A stretch of 64,000 nt of DNA from an uncultured Pseudohongiella sp. (lineage in GTDB: Bacteria; Pseudomonadota; Gammaproteobacteria; Pseudomonadales; Pseudohongiellaceae): positions 4,939 to 68,938 of the forward strand of contig CAYOND010000015.1 in NCBI GenBank assembly GCA_964405225.1, given 5' to 3'. Shown here piece by piece: positions 45,952 through 55,176 of the stretch. The position numbers and the translations under genes were made by a program. The notes below the pieces were generated by a model that was given only the letters and a program-made list of their open reading frames with translations, did not search any database and was not told the origin of the DNA. Each line of letters begins with the position of its first letter. The first letter of the stretch is position 1.

Positions 45952-46836
45952 GTGACTGAGATTACCTCCAGCCAATCCGCTACCTGGCGCGATTTTTACG
46001 AAATGTGCAAACCGCGCGTGGTCATGTTGATGATTCTGACTGCGCTGGTAGGCATGTTTTTGGCTGTTCCGGGCATGGTGCCGTGGGATGTGTTGATTCT
46101 GGGCAACCTCGGTATTGCTCTGGTGGCTGCCTCGGGTGCTGTAGTCAATCATCTGATTGATCGCAAAATCGACATCATGATGAAGCGCACCCATAACCGC
46201 CCTGTCGCTCAGGGTCGGGTGGAGCCCAGACAGGCTGCGATCTTCGCTATCGTGATCGGCGTGGCGGGCATGACAATCCTGCTATTCTGGGTTAATCCAC
46301 TGTGCGCCTGGCTCACACTGGGATCATTTGTAGGTTATGCGTTCATTTATACCGGTTATCTCAAGCACGCGACCCCACAAAACATTGTAATCGGGGGCCT
46401 GTCGGGTGCCATGCCGCCGTTGCTGGGCTGGTCTGCAGTTACCGGTAGCATCGAAGCGGGCGCGCTAATCCTGGTTCTTATCATTTTCGCCTGGACGCCG
46501 CCGCATTTCTGGGCTTTGGCTATTCACCGCAAAGACGAATATGCAAAATCCGGCGTACCAATGCTCCCCGTAACCCATGGTGAGTATGTCACCAAGGTGC
46601 ACATCATGATTTACACGGCCATATTGGTCGTTGTCAGTGCCTTACCGTATTTTTCCGGGATGAGCGGATTGCTCTATCTTGTCGCAGCCATGGGTCTGGG
46701 CGCCGGATTCCTCGCCTGGTCTGGACGTCTGATGTTTAAACCTGGCCCCACTACCGCAATGGACACTTTCCGCTACTCTATCGTGTACCTGGCCCTGTTG
46801 TTTGTTGCCCTGGTTGTCGATCACTACCTGTTCTAG
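45952..46836 (+). CDS. ctaB: Protoheme IX farnesyltransferase (heme O synthase)
   Basis: 294 aa with a GTG start, a UbiA-family polytopic fold, NHLIDRKIDIMMKRTHNRP and WTPPHFWALA. Confidence 0.92.
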   Translation: MTEITSSQSATWRDFYEMCKPRVVMLMILTALVGMFLAVPGMVPWDVLILGNLGIALVAASGAVVNHLIDRKIDIMMKRTHNRPVAQGRVEPRQAAIFAIVIGVAGMTILLFWVNPLCAWLTLGSFVGYAFIYTGYLKHATPQNIVIGGLSGAMPPLLGWSAVTGSIEAGALILVLIIFAWTPPHFWALAIHRKDEYAKSGVPMLPVTHGEYVTKVHIMIYTAILVVVSALPYFSGMSGLLYLVAAMGLGAGFLAWSGRLMFKPGPTTAMDTFRYSIVYLALLFVALVVDHYLF

Positions 46837-46941
46837 CGCTCTGTAATGCTTATTTTTACGGGTTCAGTTGATCTGCCAATGATCCTGACAAGGCGCACCT
46901 CGCCGGGAATGGCCACACCCTTACCAAGAGAGTACTAGGCT

Positions 46942-47610
46942 ATGGCCCTCACCATATCGCGTCGCCATGCCATACTGGCGTTCATCCTGTTTGATGTCTT
47001 GTTGGCAGCGTTCCTGACCTACTTGTTTCTTTTGCGCGAGGATCTGGCGGAATTCGATCAGCTGAGTGATCTGGGCGGTGCCATTCTGGTGGAATCGCGA
47101 TTCATCCCTGATTTCGAATTAATCGATGAACATGGTGCACAGGCCGACGCATCTTTGTTTGACGAGCGCTGGAGCCTGGTATTTTTCGGTTTTACAGAAT
47201 GCCCTGACATCTGCCCTTTGACCATGGAGCAGCTCGGTCGACTTTTCGCCGATCCTGCATACGAGGAAGTCACAAAGGATTTGCAGGTCGTGTTGGTTAG
47301 CGTCGACCCATTGCGCGATACACCAACCGCCCTTGCTGACTACCTGGATCAGTTCAATACTGATTTTCGTGGCTTGACGGGCGACTACGCTGCCATAAAT
47401 AGACTCGCGGATACTATGTACGCGGTACACGAGCGACTTGCCGAAGGACAGGAACACACCTCACATGGTGACATGCCCACAGACCAATACCTGATTAATC
47501 ACACTAGCCACATCAGCATCGTAACTCCCGAGGGCAAGGTGCACGCAGTTCTCAAGCCGCCACACCGGGCAGGAGACATTGGTGAAGCGCTCAGTATGAT
47601 CCTGCGCTGA
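46942..47610 (+). CDS. SCO1/SenC family copper chaperone
   Basis: 222 aa with an N-terminal TM anchor, the thioredoxin-like CPDICP (CxxxC) motif and a downstream His (INHTSHISIV). Confidence 0.85.
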   Translation: MALTISRRHAILAFILFDVLLAAFLTYLFLLREDLAEFDQLSDLGGAILVESRFIPDFELIDEHGAQADASLFDERWSLVFFGFTECPDICPLTMEQLGRLFADPAYEEVTKDLQVVLVSVDPLRDTPTALADYLDQFNTDFRGLTGDYAAINRLADTMYAVHERLAEGQEHTSHGDMPTDQYLINHTSHISIVTPEGKVHAVLKPPHRAGDIGEALSMILR

Positions 47611-47621
47611 GGCTCAATGCA

Positions 47622-48425
47622 CTATTTTTGTCTGGTCGGATAAAAATACAGTAAAAAGAAGATCATTGTAGCCACAACTACAATAGCTGGCCCCACCGGT
47701 ACATCTGCATAAAACGCCACAAGCAAACCTGTAATAACTGACAGCGCACCAATAGCGCTGGCTGTTACCGCCATTTGTTCTGGAGTATTGGCAAGTCTGC
47801 GTGCCGCGGCGGGTGGAATAATCAGTAGCGAAGTAATCAAAAGTACGCCGACGATTTTCATTGACACTGCAATGGTTAGAGCGATCAGCAGCATGAGGAT
47901 CAAATTAAGGCGCTGGACCTGTGCACCCTCGATCTGCGCCAGTTCCATATGCACGGTGGCAGACAGCAATTGATTCCACAACCTCCCCAGTGTCGCTGCG
48001 ACCAGCGCTGCAACAACGATCACCCACATGAGATCAGTCGGGTTGATCGTGAGCAGTGCGCCAAACAAATACGCTTCAAGATCTATTCTGACTGAGTCCG
48101 TAAGGGCCAACACGACAATGCCCAGAGCCAGTGTACTGTGTGCCAGAATGCCGAGTAGCGCATCGGTAGCAATCGCTGGTTTACGGTCGAGAAGCGCCAG
48201 CAGGCAGGCGAATATGGCACTGCTAACTATAATTGACAATTGTGGATTGCTGCCGGTTACCAACCCGATTGCAATACCGAGTAATGCCGAATGTGCGAGT
48301 GTGTCGCCAAAATAAGACATCTGGCGCCATACAATAAATGAACCTAAAGGCCCTGCTACAAGGGCGAGACTCAAGCCGGCAACCAATGCATACAGGAAAA
48401 AATCTGTGGTTAACAATTCAAGCAT
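47622..48425 (-). CDS. znuB: Zinc ABC transporter permease
   Basis: 267 aa ABC-3 family permease (MSYFGDTLAHSALLGIA). Downstream of znuC. Confidence 0.87.
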   Translation of the reverse strand: MLELLTTDFFLYALVAGLSLALVAGPLGSFIVWRQMSYFGDTLAHSALLGIAIGLVTGSNPQLSIIVSSAIFACLLALLDRKPAIATDALLGILAHSTLALGIVVLALTDSVRIDLEAYLFGALLTINPTDLMWVIVVAALVAATLGRLWNQLLSATVHMELAQIEGAQVQRLNLILMLLIALTIAVSMKIVGVLLITSLLIIPPAAARRLANTPEQMAVTASAIGALSVITGLLVAFYADVPVGPAIVVVATMIFFLLYFYPTRQK

Positions 48426-49196
48426 TCAGTCCTTACCCTCTTCCGGAATTACTGCGCCTGCAATGTCATGCTCGTGTGTATGATTATGGGTATAGACTGC
48501 AATATTTTCGGCTGTGCGAGCTCCGAATAGATCGAGATAAGCAGGATCATTGCTTACCTGTTCCGGCTTGCCATGGCAACAAACATGATGGTTCAGGCAG
48601 ATAACCTCATCAGTTGCTGACATGACCAGGTGCAGGTCATGCGAGATCATCAGAACTCCACAGTCCTGCTCAGCACTAATTTCATCTATTAGTGCATACA
48701 GTTCGGCTTGCCCGGCAACATCCACGCCCTGTGCAGGTTCGTCGAGAATCAGCAGTTCAGGTTTGCGCAGAAGCGCCCGAGCCAGCAGCACTCGTTGTAG
48801 TTCGCCGCCAGAAATCTCCACCATTTGCTGATCAACCAGATGCGGTACATGTAATTTTTTCAGACAGTCTGCGATTACAGCATCGTTCTGATGCCCCCCC
48901 AGTCGCAGGAACCGCGCCACGGTCAGAGGCAACGTGGGCTTGATGTGCAGTCGCTGGGGCATGTAGCCCACTCGCAGGTTGCGCCGCTGGCTGATGGACC
49001 CGCTGTCAGCACTCAGGAGTCCCAATGTGATGCGAACCAACGTGGTCTTGCCAGCGCCATTGGGCCCTATCAGTGTCAGTATCTGGCCCTGTTTGATCTC
49101 CAGATCAATATTGTCCAACACCTTGCGTTCACCAAACTGCTTGGTGATACCGCGCGCGCGGAGTAGTACTCTGTTGTCTCCGTCCAGTTCTTCCAT
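48426..49196 (-). CDS. znuC: Zinc ABC transporter ATP-binding protein
   Basis: 256 aa with Walker A GPNGAGKTT, signature SGGELQRV, Walker B LLILDEP and a His-rich C-terminal extension (YTHNHTHEHD). Confidence 0.9.
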   Translation of the reverse strand: MEELDGDNRVLLRARGITKQFGERKVLDNIDLEIKQGQILTLIGPNGAGKTTLVRITLGLLSADSGSISQRRNLRVGYMPQRLHIKPTLPLTVARFLRLGGHQNDAVIADCLKKLHVPHLVDQQMVEISGGELQRVLLARALLRKPELLILDEPAQGVDVAGQAELYALIDEISAEQDCGVLMISHDLHLVMSATDEVICLNHHVCCHGKPEQVSNDPAYLDLFGARTAENIAVYTHNHTHEHDIAGAVIPEEGKD

Positions 49197-49257
49197 AATC
49201 CAGGGTCAATTCTCAGGGAGCCATGTTCAAGTCTAAATATCGTCGCGTGGGAGTCGC

Positions 49258-49280
49258 GTGAACAATGTTATATCATGCAC
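49258..49280. promoter_or_regulatory. Candidate Zur box in the znuC/znuA divergent promoter
   Basis: GTGAACAATGTTATATCATGCAC contains the 10/12 palindrome ATGTTATATCAT (49265-49276), which resembles the TGTTATA..TATAACA core of gammaproteobacterial Zur boxes. Confidence 0.35.
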
Positions 49281-49318
49281 TGCTTAATCGTCTCGCCCGA
49301 TACCGTTTCTTTCTGTCT

Positions 49319-50158
49319 ATGCGTAAAATTATTTTTGGCCTGTTTATAGGCATTTTTTGTTCGGCAAGCATTGCCAGCGAAGCAGTGATCGTGACCACAA
49401 TCAAACCTCTCGAGTTGATTGCGCGCGAAATTGCCGGTGAGCAGTTTGAAGTGCGATCAATTGTGGATCCGCGACAATCTTCCCATCACTATACGTTGAA
49501 GCCTTCTGACAGGACGCTGCTGGCCCGCGCTGACCTGGTGCTCTGGATCGATCCCGGGTTCGAGGTTTATCTCGCGGATTTCTTTGCCAATCAGGGCGCA
49601 TCGCAGGATATCCTGATGGCATCCGCAATTGATGGATTGCGCCTGTACATGCTGGAAGACGGCACTACGGATTACCACCTTTGGCTGGATCTGAATAATG
49701 CAGGAATGATCGCTGCGGCACTGGCTGAGCAACTGCAGTTAACGGCTCCCCACCTCAGTGCTCAGATCAGCGCTAATCTGGCCGGGTTTAAAGCAAGACT
49801 CGACACCCTGGAAGGGGAGCTGGCCGCACAGTTAAGTTCGTCTGGCCAGCAGAATTATGCGGTCTATCACGACGCCTATCGCTATTTCGAAGCAAAGTTT
49901 AATCTGGCCCATAGTACTGCTTTGGTGCGTAGTACCGAGATACAACCGGGCATGCGCGAGATCATGCAGACTCGCGAACAACTGCAGTTGCGTCCACCGG
50001 CGTGTGTCATGCTGGACCCTGAATACAACGCTGCCCTGCTCGAGACATTACTGCGGGATACCGAGGCAGACCAGGTCATGATCGACCTGATGGGTGTCGA
50101 AGCTGAAAACTACATCGAGTTGATGCACAATCTTACAAATGCATTTGCCAGCTGTTGA
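49319..50158 (+). CDS. znuA: Zinc ABC transporter periplasmic binding protein (lacks the His-rich loop)
   Basis: Cluster A-I SBP pattern (SSHHYTLKPSD, YHLWLD, VYHDAYRYFE). I prefer the ATG at 49319 (MRKIIFGLFIGIFCSASIASEA, a clean signal peptide) over the ORF-track start at 49265, which lies inside the palindrome. Confidence 0.82.
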   Translation: MRKIIFGLFIGIFCSASIASEAVIVTTIKPLELIAREIAGEQFEVRSIVDPRQSSHHYTLKPSDRTLLARADLVLWIDPGFEVYLADFFANQGASQDILMASAIDGLRLYMLEDGTTDYHLWLDLNNAGMIAAALAEQLQLTAPHLSAQISANLAGFKARLDTLEGELAAQLSSSGQQNYAVYHDAYRYFEAKFNLAHSTALVRSTEIQPGMREIMQTREQLQLRPPACVMLDPEYNAALLETLLRDTEADQVMIDLMGVEAENYIELMHNLTNAFASC

Positions 50159-50199
50159 TCGCCCAATACCACACATAAATCCCATCACCGTGAGTACCT

Positions 50200-52959
50200 G
50201 TGAGCCCTGATATGAAAGAAGATAAACAACTGGTACTCATCGACGGTTCGTCGTATCTGTTTCGCGCATTTCATGCCCTGCCGCCCCTGGTAAGTAGCAG
50301 GGGGCAGCCTACCGGTGCAGTAAAGGGCGTAATCAATATGATCAGGAGTCTGATCAAGTCATACCCCGATGCCAATATTGCCGTGGTGTTCGATGCCAAG
50401 GGCAAAACCTTCCGCAATAAAATCTATACCGACTACAAAGCTCATCGTCCGCCCATGCCTGATGAGCTGCGGTCACAAATCGCACCGATTCACGAAATTA
50501 TCCGGGCGATGGGGCTGCCGCTGTTGATCGTTGATGATGTGGAGGCTGACGACGTGATTGGCACGTTGGCCACACAAGCAACAGAGCTTGGCAGAGAAAC
50601 CTTGATTTCAACTAGTGATAAAGATCTGGCACAGCTGGTCAATGAACATGTGACGCTGATGAACACAATGACCAATGAACTGCTCGATATTGCGGGTGTG
50701 GAAAAGAAGTTTGGTATCGGCCCGGAACTTATAGTGGACTACCTGGCGCTTATGGGGGACAAGTCTGACAATATTCCGGGAGTGCCCGGAGTTGGTCCCA
50801 AGACTGCCGTTAAGTGGTTGCAGGAATATGGCTCAATGCAGGGCATTATCGACAACGCAGATAAAGTTGGTGGCAAAATCGGGGAGAAGCTTCGAGCTAA
50901 TCTTGATTCGCTGGAATTGTCATATGAATTAGCGACTATCAAGATGGATGTAAAACTGGATTTCCAGATAAGCGAATTGCAAAAGTCGCCCGACGATCTG
51001 CAACGCTTGCACGATCTGTTTGTGGAAATGGAATTCAAAACCTGGATCAAGGAACTGGAAGATGCGGGTGTAACCGCTTCTTCCAATGCTGCCGCGCTCA
51101 CTGCCCAGGAGCAGGAGACACCGGATGACGCGCCGGATGTGGCTATCGCCAAAAACGACTACTCCTGCATTTATAAAACAAAAGATCTGCATGCACTGGT
51201 CAAGTCACTGGAGAACTCAGAAGGCTTTGCGGTCTTTGTCGAGTATGAGGGAGAGCATTTTCTTCAGCAGCGCATTATTGGCCTGGCCATCGCGCCGGAA
51301 TTTGGTAATGCAGTGTATATACCAGTCGCCCATGAATATGAGGATTGCCCTGATCAATTGGCCGTGGACGATGTATTGGATCAGCTAAGGCCATTGTTGG
51401 AAAACCCGGAGATCGTCAAATACGGTTACGACATCAAACACACAATGCATGTGCTGCAGAACCATGGCATTGAACTGCAACCGGTGAAGTCTGATGTGTT
51501 GCTGGCATCGTATGTGGTTAACTCGGTGGCCAGCAAGCATATGTTAGGCGATATTGCGCGTTACTATTTGGACATATCTCCCGTAGACGTAGATTCATTG
51601 CTAGGCAAAGGACGCGGGAAGCTCACCAGGTCTCAGGTCAAGATCGAGGATTTTGGTAACTACGCAGCACAACAGGCTGACCTGATACTACGGTTGGCGG
51701 CGTTGCTTGAGCACAAGATGAAAGTGGACGGCCATCTGTTTGGCCTCTACCAGTACTATGAAGTGGCACTGATCGATGTACTGCAGCGGGTTGAGCGCAA
51801 TGGCATCAAAGTAGACGCAAAGGTTCTGGAGAAACAGAGCAAACAAATTGCAAAGCAGCTCGATAAATTGCAGGCCGAAGTTTTCGAAATGGCTGGCGAA
51901 GAGTTCAATCTCGGTTCACCCAAACAGCTACAACAAATTCTGTTCGAAAAACTCGAACTGCCAGTCCTGAAAAAAACCAAAACAGGACAGGCGTCGACCG
52001 CTGAGCCTGTCTTGCAAGAACTGGCGGAAAAGTTCGAATTACCACGGCTGATTCTTGAACAGAGATCGCTCAGTAAACTGAAATCTACTTATACTGACAA
52101 ACTACCTCTGCAGATCCAGGAAAGTACCGGCCGTATACATTCCACTTTTCAGCAAGCGGTTGCAGCTACTGGCAGGCTGTCTTCCACTGATCCCAATCTG
52201 CAGAATATCCCCATCCGCACCGCAGAGGGTCGCCGTGTGCGCCAGGCTTTCATTTGCGACTCAGGATACAAATTGATGGCAGCAGATTATTCCCAGGTGG
52301 AACTTCGAATCATGGCGCATTTGTCACGTGATGCGGGCTTGCTGGAAGCCTTCTCCGAAGCGCGCGATGTGCATCAGGCCACCGCCGCCGAAGTCTTCAA
52401 CATTAAATTGGAAAACGTAACGCCAGATCAGCGTCGCAGCGCCAAGGCAATTAACTTTGGCCTGATTTATGGCATGTCGGCATTCGGGCTGGCTAACCAA
52501 CTCAATATATCGCGCCGCGATGCCCAGCAGTATGTCGAGCGTTATTTTGAACGCTACCCGGGCGTGCGCAAGTATATGGACGAAACCCAGGCTCTTGCTG
52601 ATGAAAAAGGCTACGTGGAAACCCTGTTTGGTCGGCGTCTTTATTTACCAGAGATTCATGCCGGAAACGCCATGATTCGCAAGGCAGCGCAGCGCACAGC
52701 AATCAATGCCCCGATGCAGGGAACGGCGGCAGATATCATCAAGCAGGCAATGATAGACATTGATCACTGGCTGGGTTTGGGTGAACTCGATGCCAGGATG
52801 ATCCTGCAAGTGCACGATGAGTTGGTGTTCGAAGTGGCGGAACCGGACCTGGAATTACTGCGCGAAGGCGTGAAATTTCGTATGACCAGTGCCGCTGCCC
52901 TGGATGTACCGCTGGTTGTGGATGTGGGTGTGGGTGATAACTGGGACCAGGCCCACTAG
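50200..52959 (+). CDS. polA: DNA polymerase I
   Basis: 919 aa with a 5'-nuclease N-terminus (LIDGSSYLFRAFHA), a 3'-5' exonuclease domain, and polymerase motifs (DYSQVELRIMAH, QVHDELVFE). The start is either GTG at 50200 or ATG at 50212. Confidence 0.97.
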   Translation: MSPDMKEDKQLVLIDGSSYLFRAFHALPPLVSSRGQPTGAVKGVINMIRSLIKSYPDANIAVVFDAKGKTFRNKIYTDYKAHRPPMPDELRSQIAPIHEIIRAMGLPLLIVDDVEADDVIGTLATQATELGRETLISTSDKDLAQLVNEHVTLMNTMTNELLDIAGVEKKFGIGPELIVDYLALMGDKSDNIPGVPGVGPKTAVKWLQEYGSMQGIIDNADKVGGKIGEKLRANLDSLELSYELATIKMDVKLDFQISELQKSPDDLQRLHDLFVEMEFKTWIKELEDAGVTASSNAAALTAQEQETPDDAPDVAIAKNDYSCIYKTKDLHALVKSLENSEGFAVFVEYEGEHFLQQRIIGLAIAPEFGNAVYIPVAHEYEDCPDQLAVDDVLDQLRPLLENPEIVKYGYDIKHTMHVLQNHGIELQPVKSDVLLASYVVNSVASKHMLGDIARYYLDISPVDVDSLLGKGRGKLTRSQVKIEDFGNYAAQQADLILRLAALLEHKMKVDGHLFGLYQYYEVALIDVLQRVERNGIKVDAKVLEKQSKQIAKQLDKLQAEVFEMAGEEFNLGSPKQLQQILFEKLELPVLKKTKTGQASTAEPVLQELAEKFELPRLILEQRSLSKLKSTYTDKLPLQIQESTGRIHSTFQQAVAATGRLSSTDPNLQNIPIRTAEGRRVRQAFICDSGYKLMAADYSQVELRIMAHLSRDAGLLEAFSEARDVHQATAAEVFNIKLENVTPDQRRSAKAINFGLIYGMSAFGLANQLNISRRDAQQYVERYFERYPGVRKYMDETQALADEKGYVETLFGRRLYLPEIHAGNAMIRKAAQRTAINAPMQGTAADIIKQAMIDIDHWLGLGELDARMILQVHDELVFEVAEPDLELLREGVKFRMTSAAALDVPLVVDVGVGDNWDQAH

Positions 52960-52966
52960 CAACTAA

Positions 52967-53581
52967 TCAGGAGGTCTCCACCGCTTCATTAGTCTCTGAC
53001 TCCAGTTCGAGCCACTCTGACAATTGACGTCGGGCATCAATGAGGCCCTGTTTCTTCACAGCCGAAAATAGCTGTACGGAAGCTTGTTCCCCCAGCTCCC
53101 TGCGTACTCCTAGCAGGGTGTTTTGCGCCGCGCCGCGCTTGAGCTTGTCGGCTTTGGTAAGCAACAGATGCAGGGGCAATTCGGCCTGGTTAGCCCAGGC
53201 AATCATCATGCGATCGAATTCCTTGAGCGGATGTCGAATGTCGCTTAGTAATACCAGGCCTTTGAGTGTTTCACGTTTGCGCAGGTAGTCTTCCAGTTCG
53301 CGCTGCCATTTTTCCTTGACGGCCAGGGGTACTTGGGCAAAACCGTATCCGGGCAAGTCAACCAGATATCTTTCCGGTTGTAGCTGGAAAAAATTTATAA
53401 GCTGAGTGCGTCCGGGGGTTTTGCTGATCCTGGCGAGCCGGCTATGACCGGTTATGGCATTGATCGCGCTCGACTTTCCGGCATTGGAGCGACCTGCAAA
53501 CGCCACTTCAGCGATACTGTCGGGCGGGCAATCGCGCAAAGTGGCGGCGCTGGTAATGAATTGAGCCTGGCTGAAAATCAT
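52967..53581 (-). CDS. engB: Ribosome biogenesis GTPase EngB (YihA)
   Basis: 204 aa with G motifs [15 protein letters not shown] and TKADK. Confidence 0.92.
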   Translation of the reverse strand: MIFSQAQFITSAATLRDCPPDSIAEVAFAGRSNAGKSSAINAITGHSRLARISKTPGRTQLINFFQLQPERYLVDLPGYGFAQVPLAVKEKWQRELEDYLRKRETLKGLVLLSDIRHPLKEFDRMMIAWANQAELPLHLLLTKADKLKRGAAQNTLLGVRRELGEQASVQLFSAVKKQGLIDARRQLSEWLELESETNEAVETS

Positions 53582-53640
53582 GTTGTCATTTGCTTGTTAA
53601 CAGAGACCTGTCGCAGATAGAGACCTGCGATTTATTGCGC

Positions 53641-53646
53641 TATAAT
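53641..53646 (+). promoter_or_regulatory. Perfect TATAAT -10 hexamer upstream of the cytochrome c4 gene
   Basis: GCGCTATAATCC lies about 70 bp upstream of the ATG at 53715. No good -35 element was seen. Confidence 0.3.
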
Positions 53647-53714
53647 CCGCGGCCGCAAGGCTGTGTCCCAGCCTTTCGATTTTCCTATTAAATGAAGTAA
53701 TTACAGGTTAGTCC

Positions 53715-54332
53715 ATGAAAAAACTCGTTATTTTTGTGTTCTCCATGCTTATTGGCGGTTTCTTGCCCGTTCTCGCGCTTGCCCAGGTTGAGGGTGATGC
53801 GGCGGCCGGCCAGGCAAAATCTGCCCTGTGTGCAACCTGCCATGGCAGTGATGGCAATAGCGAGCTGGCTATCAACCCCAAAATCGCGGGTCAGAATGCC
53901 AACTATCTGTTCAAACAGCTCATGGATTTCAAATCTGGTGCACGCACCGGTGTCACCATGGCGGCAATGGTAATGTCCCTGTCTGAGCAGGATATGGCAG
54001 ATCTGGCGGCCTGGTATGCCTCACAGGATGCCACGGTAGGCGGTGCCGATCCGGCGAGCCTCGAGCTTGCTGAGACTCTGTATCGTGCGGGTAACGCTGA
54101 ACTGTCTGTTGCGGCGTGCTCTGCATGCCACAGCCCGACTGGTCAGGGCAATGCCGAGGCAGGCTTCCCTGCTCTGAGCGGCCAGCACCCTGAATATACC
54201 TTGCAGCAACTGAAGGATTTTCGAGCCGGTGTGCGTCAGAATGACGCAAGCGGCATGATGCGCACGGTTGTCGAGCGGCTCACAGACACTGAACTGGAAG
54301 CGCTGGCAAGTTATGTGTCGGGACTTAACTAG
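53715..54332 (+). CDS. Di-heme cytochrome c4
   Basis: 205 aa with a signal peptide and two CxxCH motifs (CATCHG, CSACHS), each in a c4-type repeat (KIAGQ..YL.KQL.DFKSG.R). Confidence 0.88.
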   Translation: MKKLVIFVFSMLIGGFLPVLALAQVEGDAAAGQAKSALCATCHGSDGNSELAINPKIAGQNANYLFKQLMDFKSGARTGVTMAAMVMSLSEQDMADLAAWYASQDATVGGADPASLELAETLYRAGNAELSVAACSACHSPTGQGNAEAGFPALSGQHPEYTLQQLKDFRAGVRQNDASGMMRTVVERLTDTELEALASYVSGLN

Positions 54333-54349
54333 ACTGACGAACAAAACTC

Positions 54350-54375
54350 TGCGGTAAGCTGGTCAAATTACCGCA
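54350..54375 (+). terminator. Hairpin after the cytochrome c4 gene, a weak terminator candidate with no clear U-tract
   Basis: TGCGGTAA (54350-54357) pairs with TTACCGCA (54368-54375) across a 10-nt loop. Confidence 0.25.
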
Positions 54376-54455
54376 TCAGTGAAATAGTCAGGCTCAAGCC
54401 CCTATGCTAATTTCACGTAATGTTAGATCTACCCCCATTGAGATGGAGTTGAACA

Positions 54456-55112
54456 ATGATTAAGCGATTTTGCCAGGTTCTTGCAGTAGTCATGCTGTTG
54501 CCACTCGCCGTAAGCAGCTACGCCCAAATCGATCGCTACGTAGCAGGAACCCATTACACCGAATTGCGTAACCCGGTAAATACCAGTGATCCCTCGAAAG
54601 TCGAGGTGCTAGAGGCGTTCTGGTACGGCTGTTCGCACTGTTTCCGTTTCGAGCCTCTCATTACCCATTGGGAAGAGAATGCGCCAGACTATGTAGAATT
54701 TGCGCGGTTTCCAGCCATGTGGAATGCCCTGATGAAGATCCATGCACAGGTGTATTACGCTGCCGAGCATCTCGATGCGCTGGACGTGCTGCATGAACCG
54801 ATCTTCAATGCCATCAATGTGGAAGGCAATCGTATGCAAAACGAGCGACAGATAGGTGAAGTATTCGCTCGCCATGGCATCAGTCAGGAAGAATTCGAGA
54901 GCGCCTTCAATAATTTCTCGGTCGTGACCAAAGTCAATCAGGCTGAGCGTCGCATGCAGCGTTACGAAATTCGCAGCACGCCCAACATGATCGTTAATGG
55001 CAAATACCTGATCACCACCGGCCAGAACGTGCCCACTCAGGCAGAATTGTTGGAAGTGGTTGATTTTCTTGTAGAAAAAGAGCGTCTCGCCATGTCGGCC
55101 TCTGGCGAATAG
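54456..55112 (+). CDS. dsbA: Thiol:disulfide interchange protein DsbA (active site CSHC)
   Basis: 218 aa with a signal peptide, a thioredoxin fold, FWYGCSHCF (Cys codons within 54630-54641) and a downstream cis-Pro region (RSTPNMIVNGKY). Confidence 0.88.
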   Translation: MIKRFCQVLAVVMLLPLAVSSYAQIDRYVAGTHYTELRNPVNTSDPSKVEVLEAFWYGCSHCFRFEPLITHWEENAPDYVEFARFPAMWNALMKIHAQVYYAAEHLDALDVLHEPIFNAINVEGNRMQNERQIGEVFARHGISQEEFESAFNNFSVVTKVNQAERRMQRYEIRSTPNMIVNGKYLITTGQNVPTQAELLEVVDFLVEKERLAMSASGE

Positions 55113-55142
55113 CCAGATCCCGCGGCCACGCAGGATTGTAAC

Positions 55143-55176
55143 TTCGGCCCCTGGCAAATCGCTGCCAGGGGCCGAA
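55143..55176 (+). terminator. Strong hairpin terminator after dsbA
   Basis: A perfect 14-bp stem, TTCGGCCCCTGGCA (55143-55156) / TGCCAGGGGCCGAA (55163-55176), with a 6-nt loop, followed by TTGCGTTTT. Confidence 0.65.

Noticed and set aside
45567-46194. ORF-track entries 45567-45845 (+, TTG start) and 45805-46194 (-) in the oxidase/ctaB intergenic region
   Set aside because: The first has a weak non-ATG start and no recognisable domain. The second overlaps the well-supported ctaB start on the opposite strand. I treated the area as a regulatory region instead.
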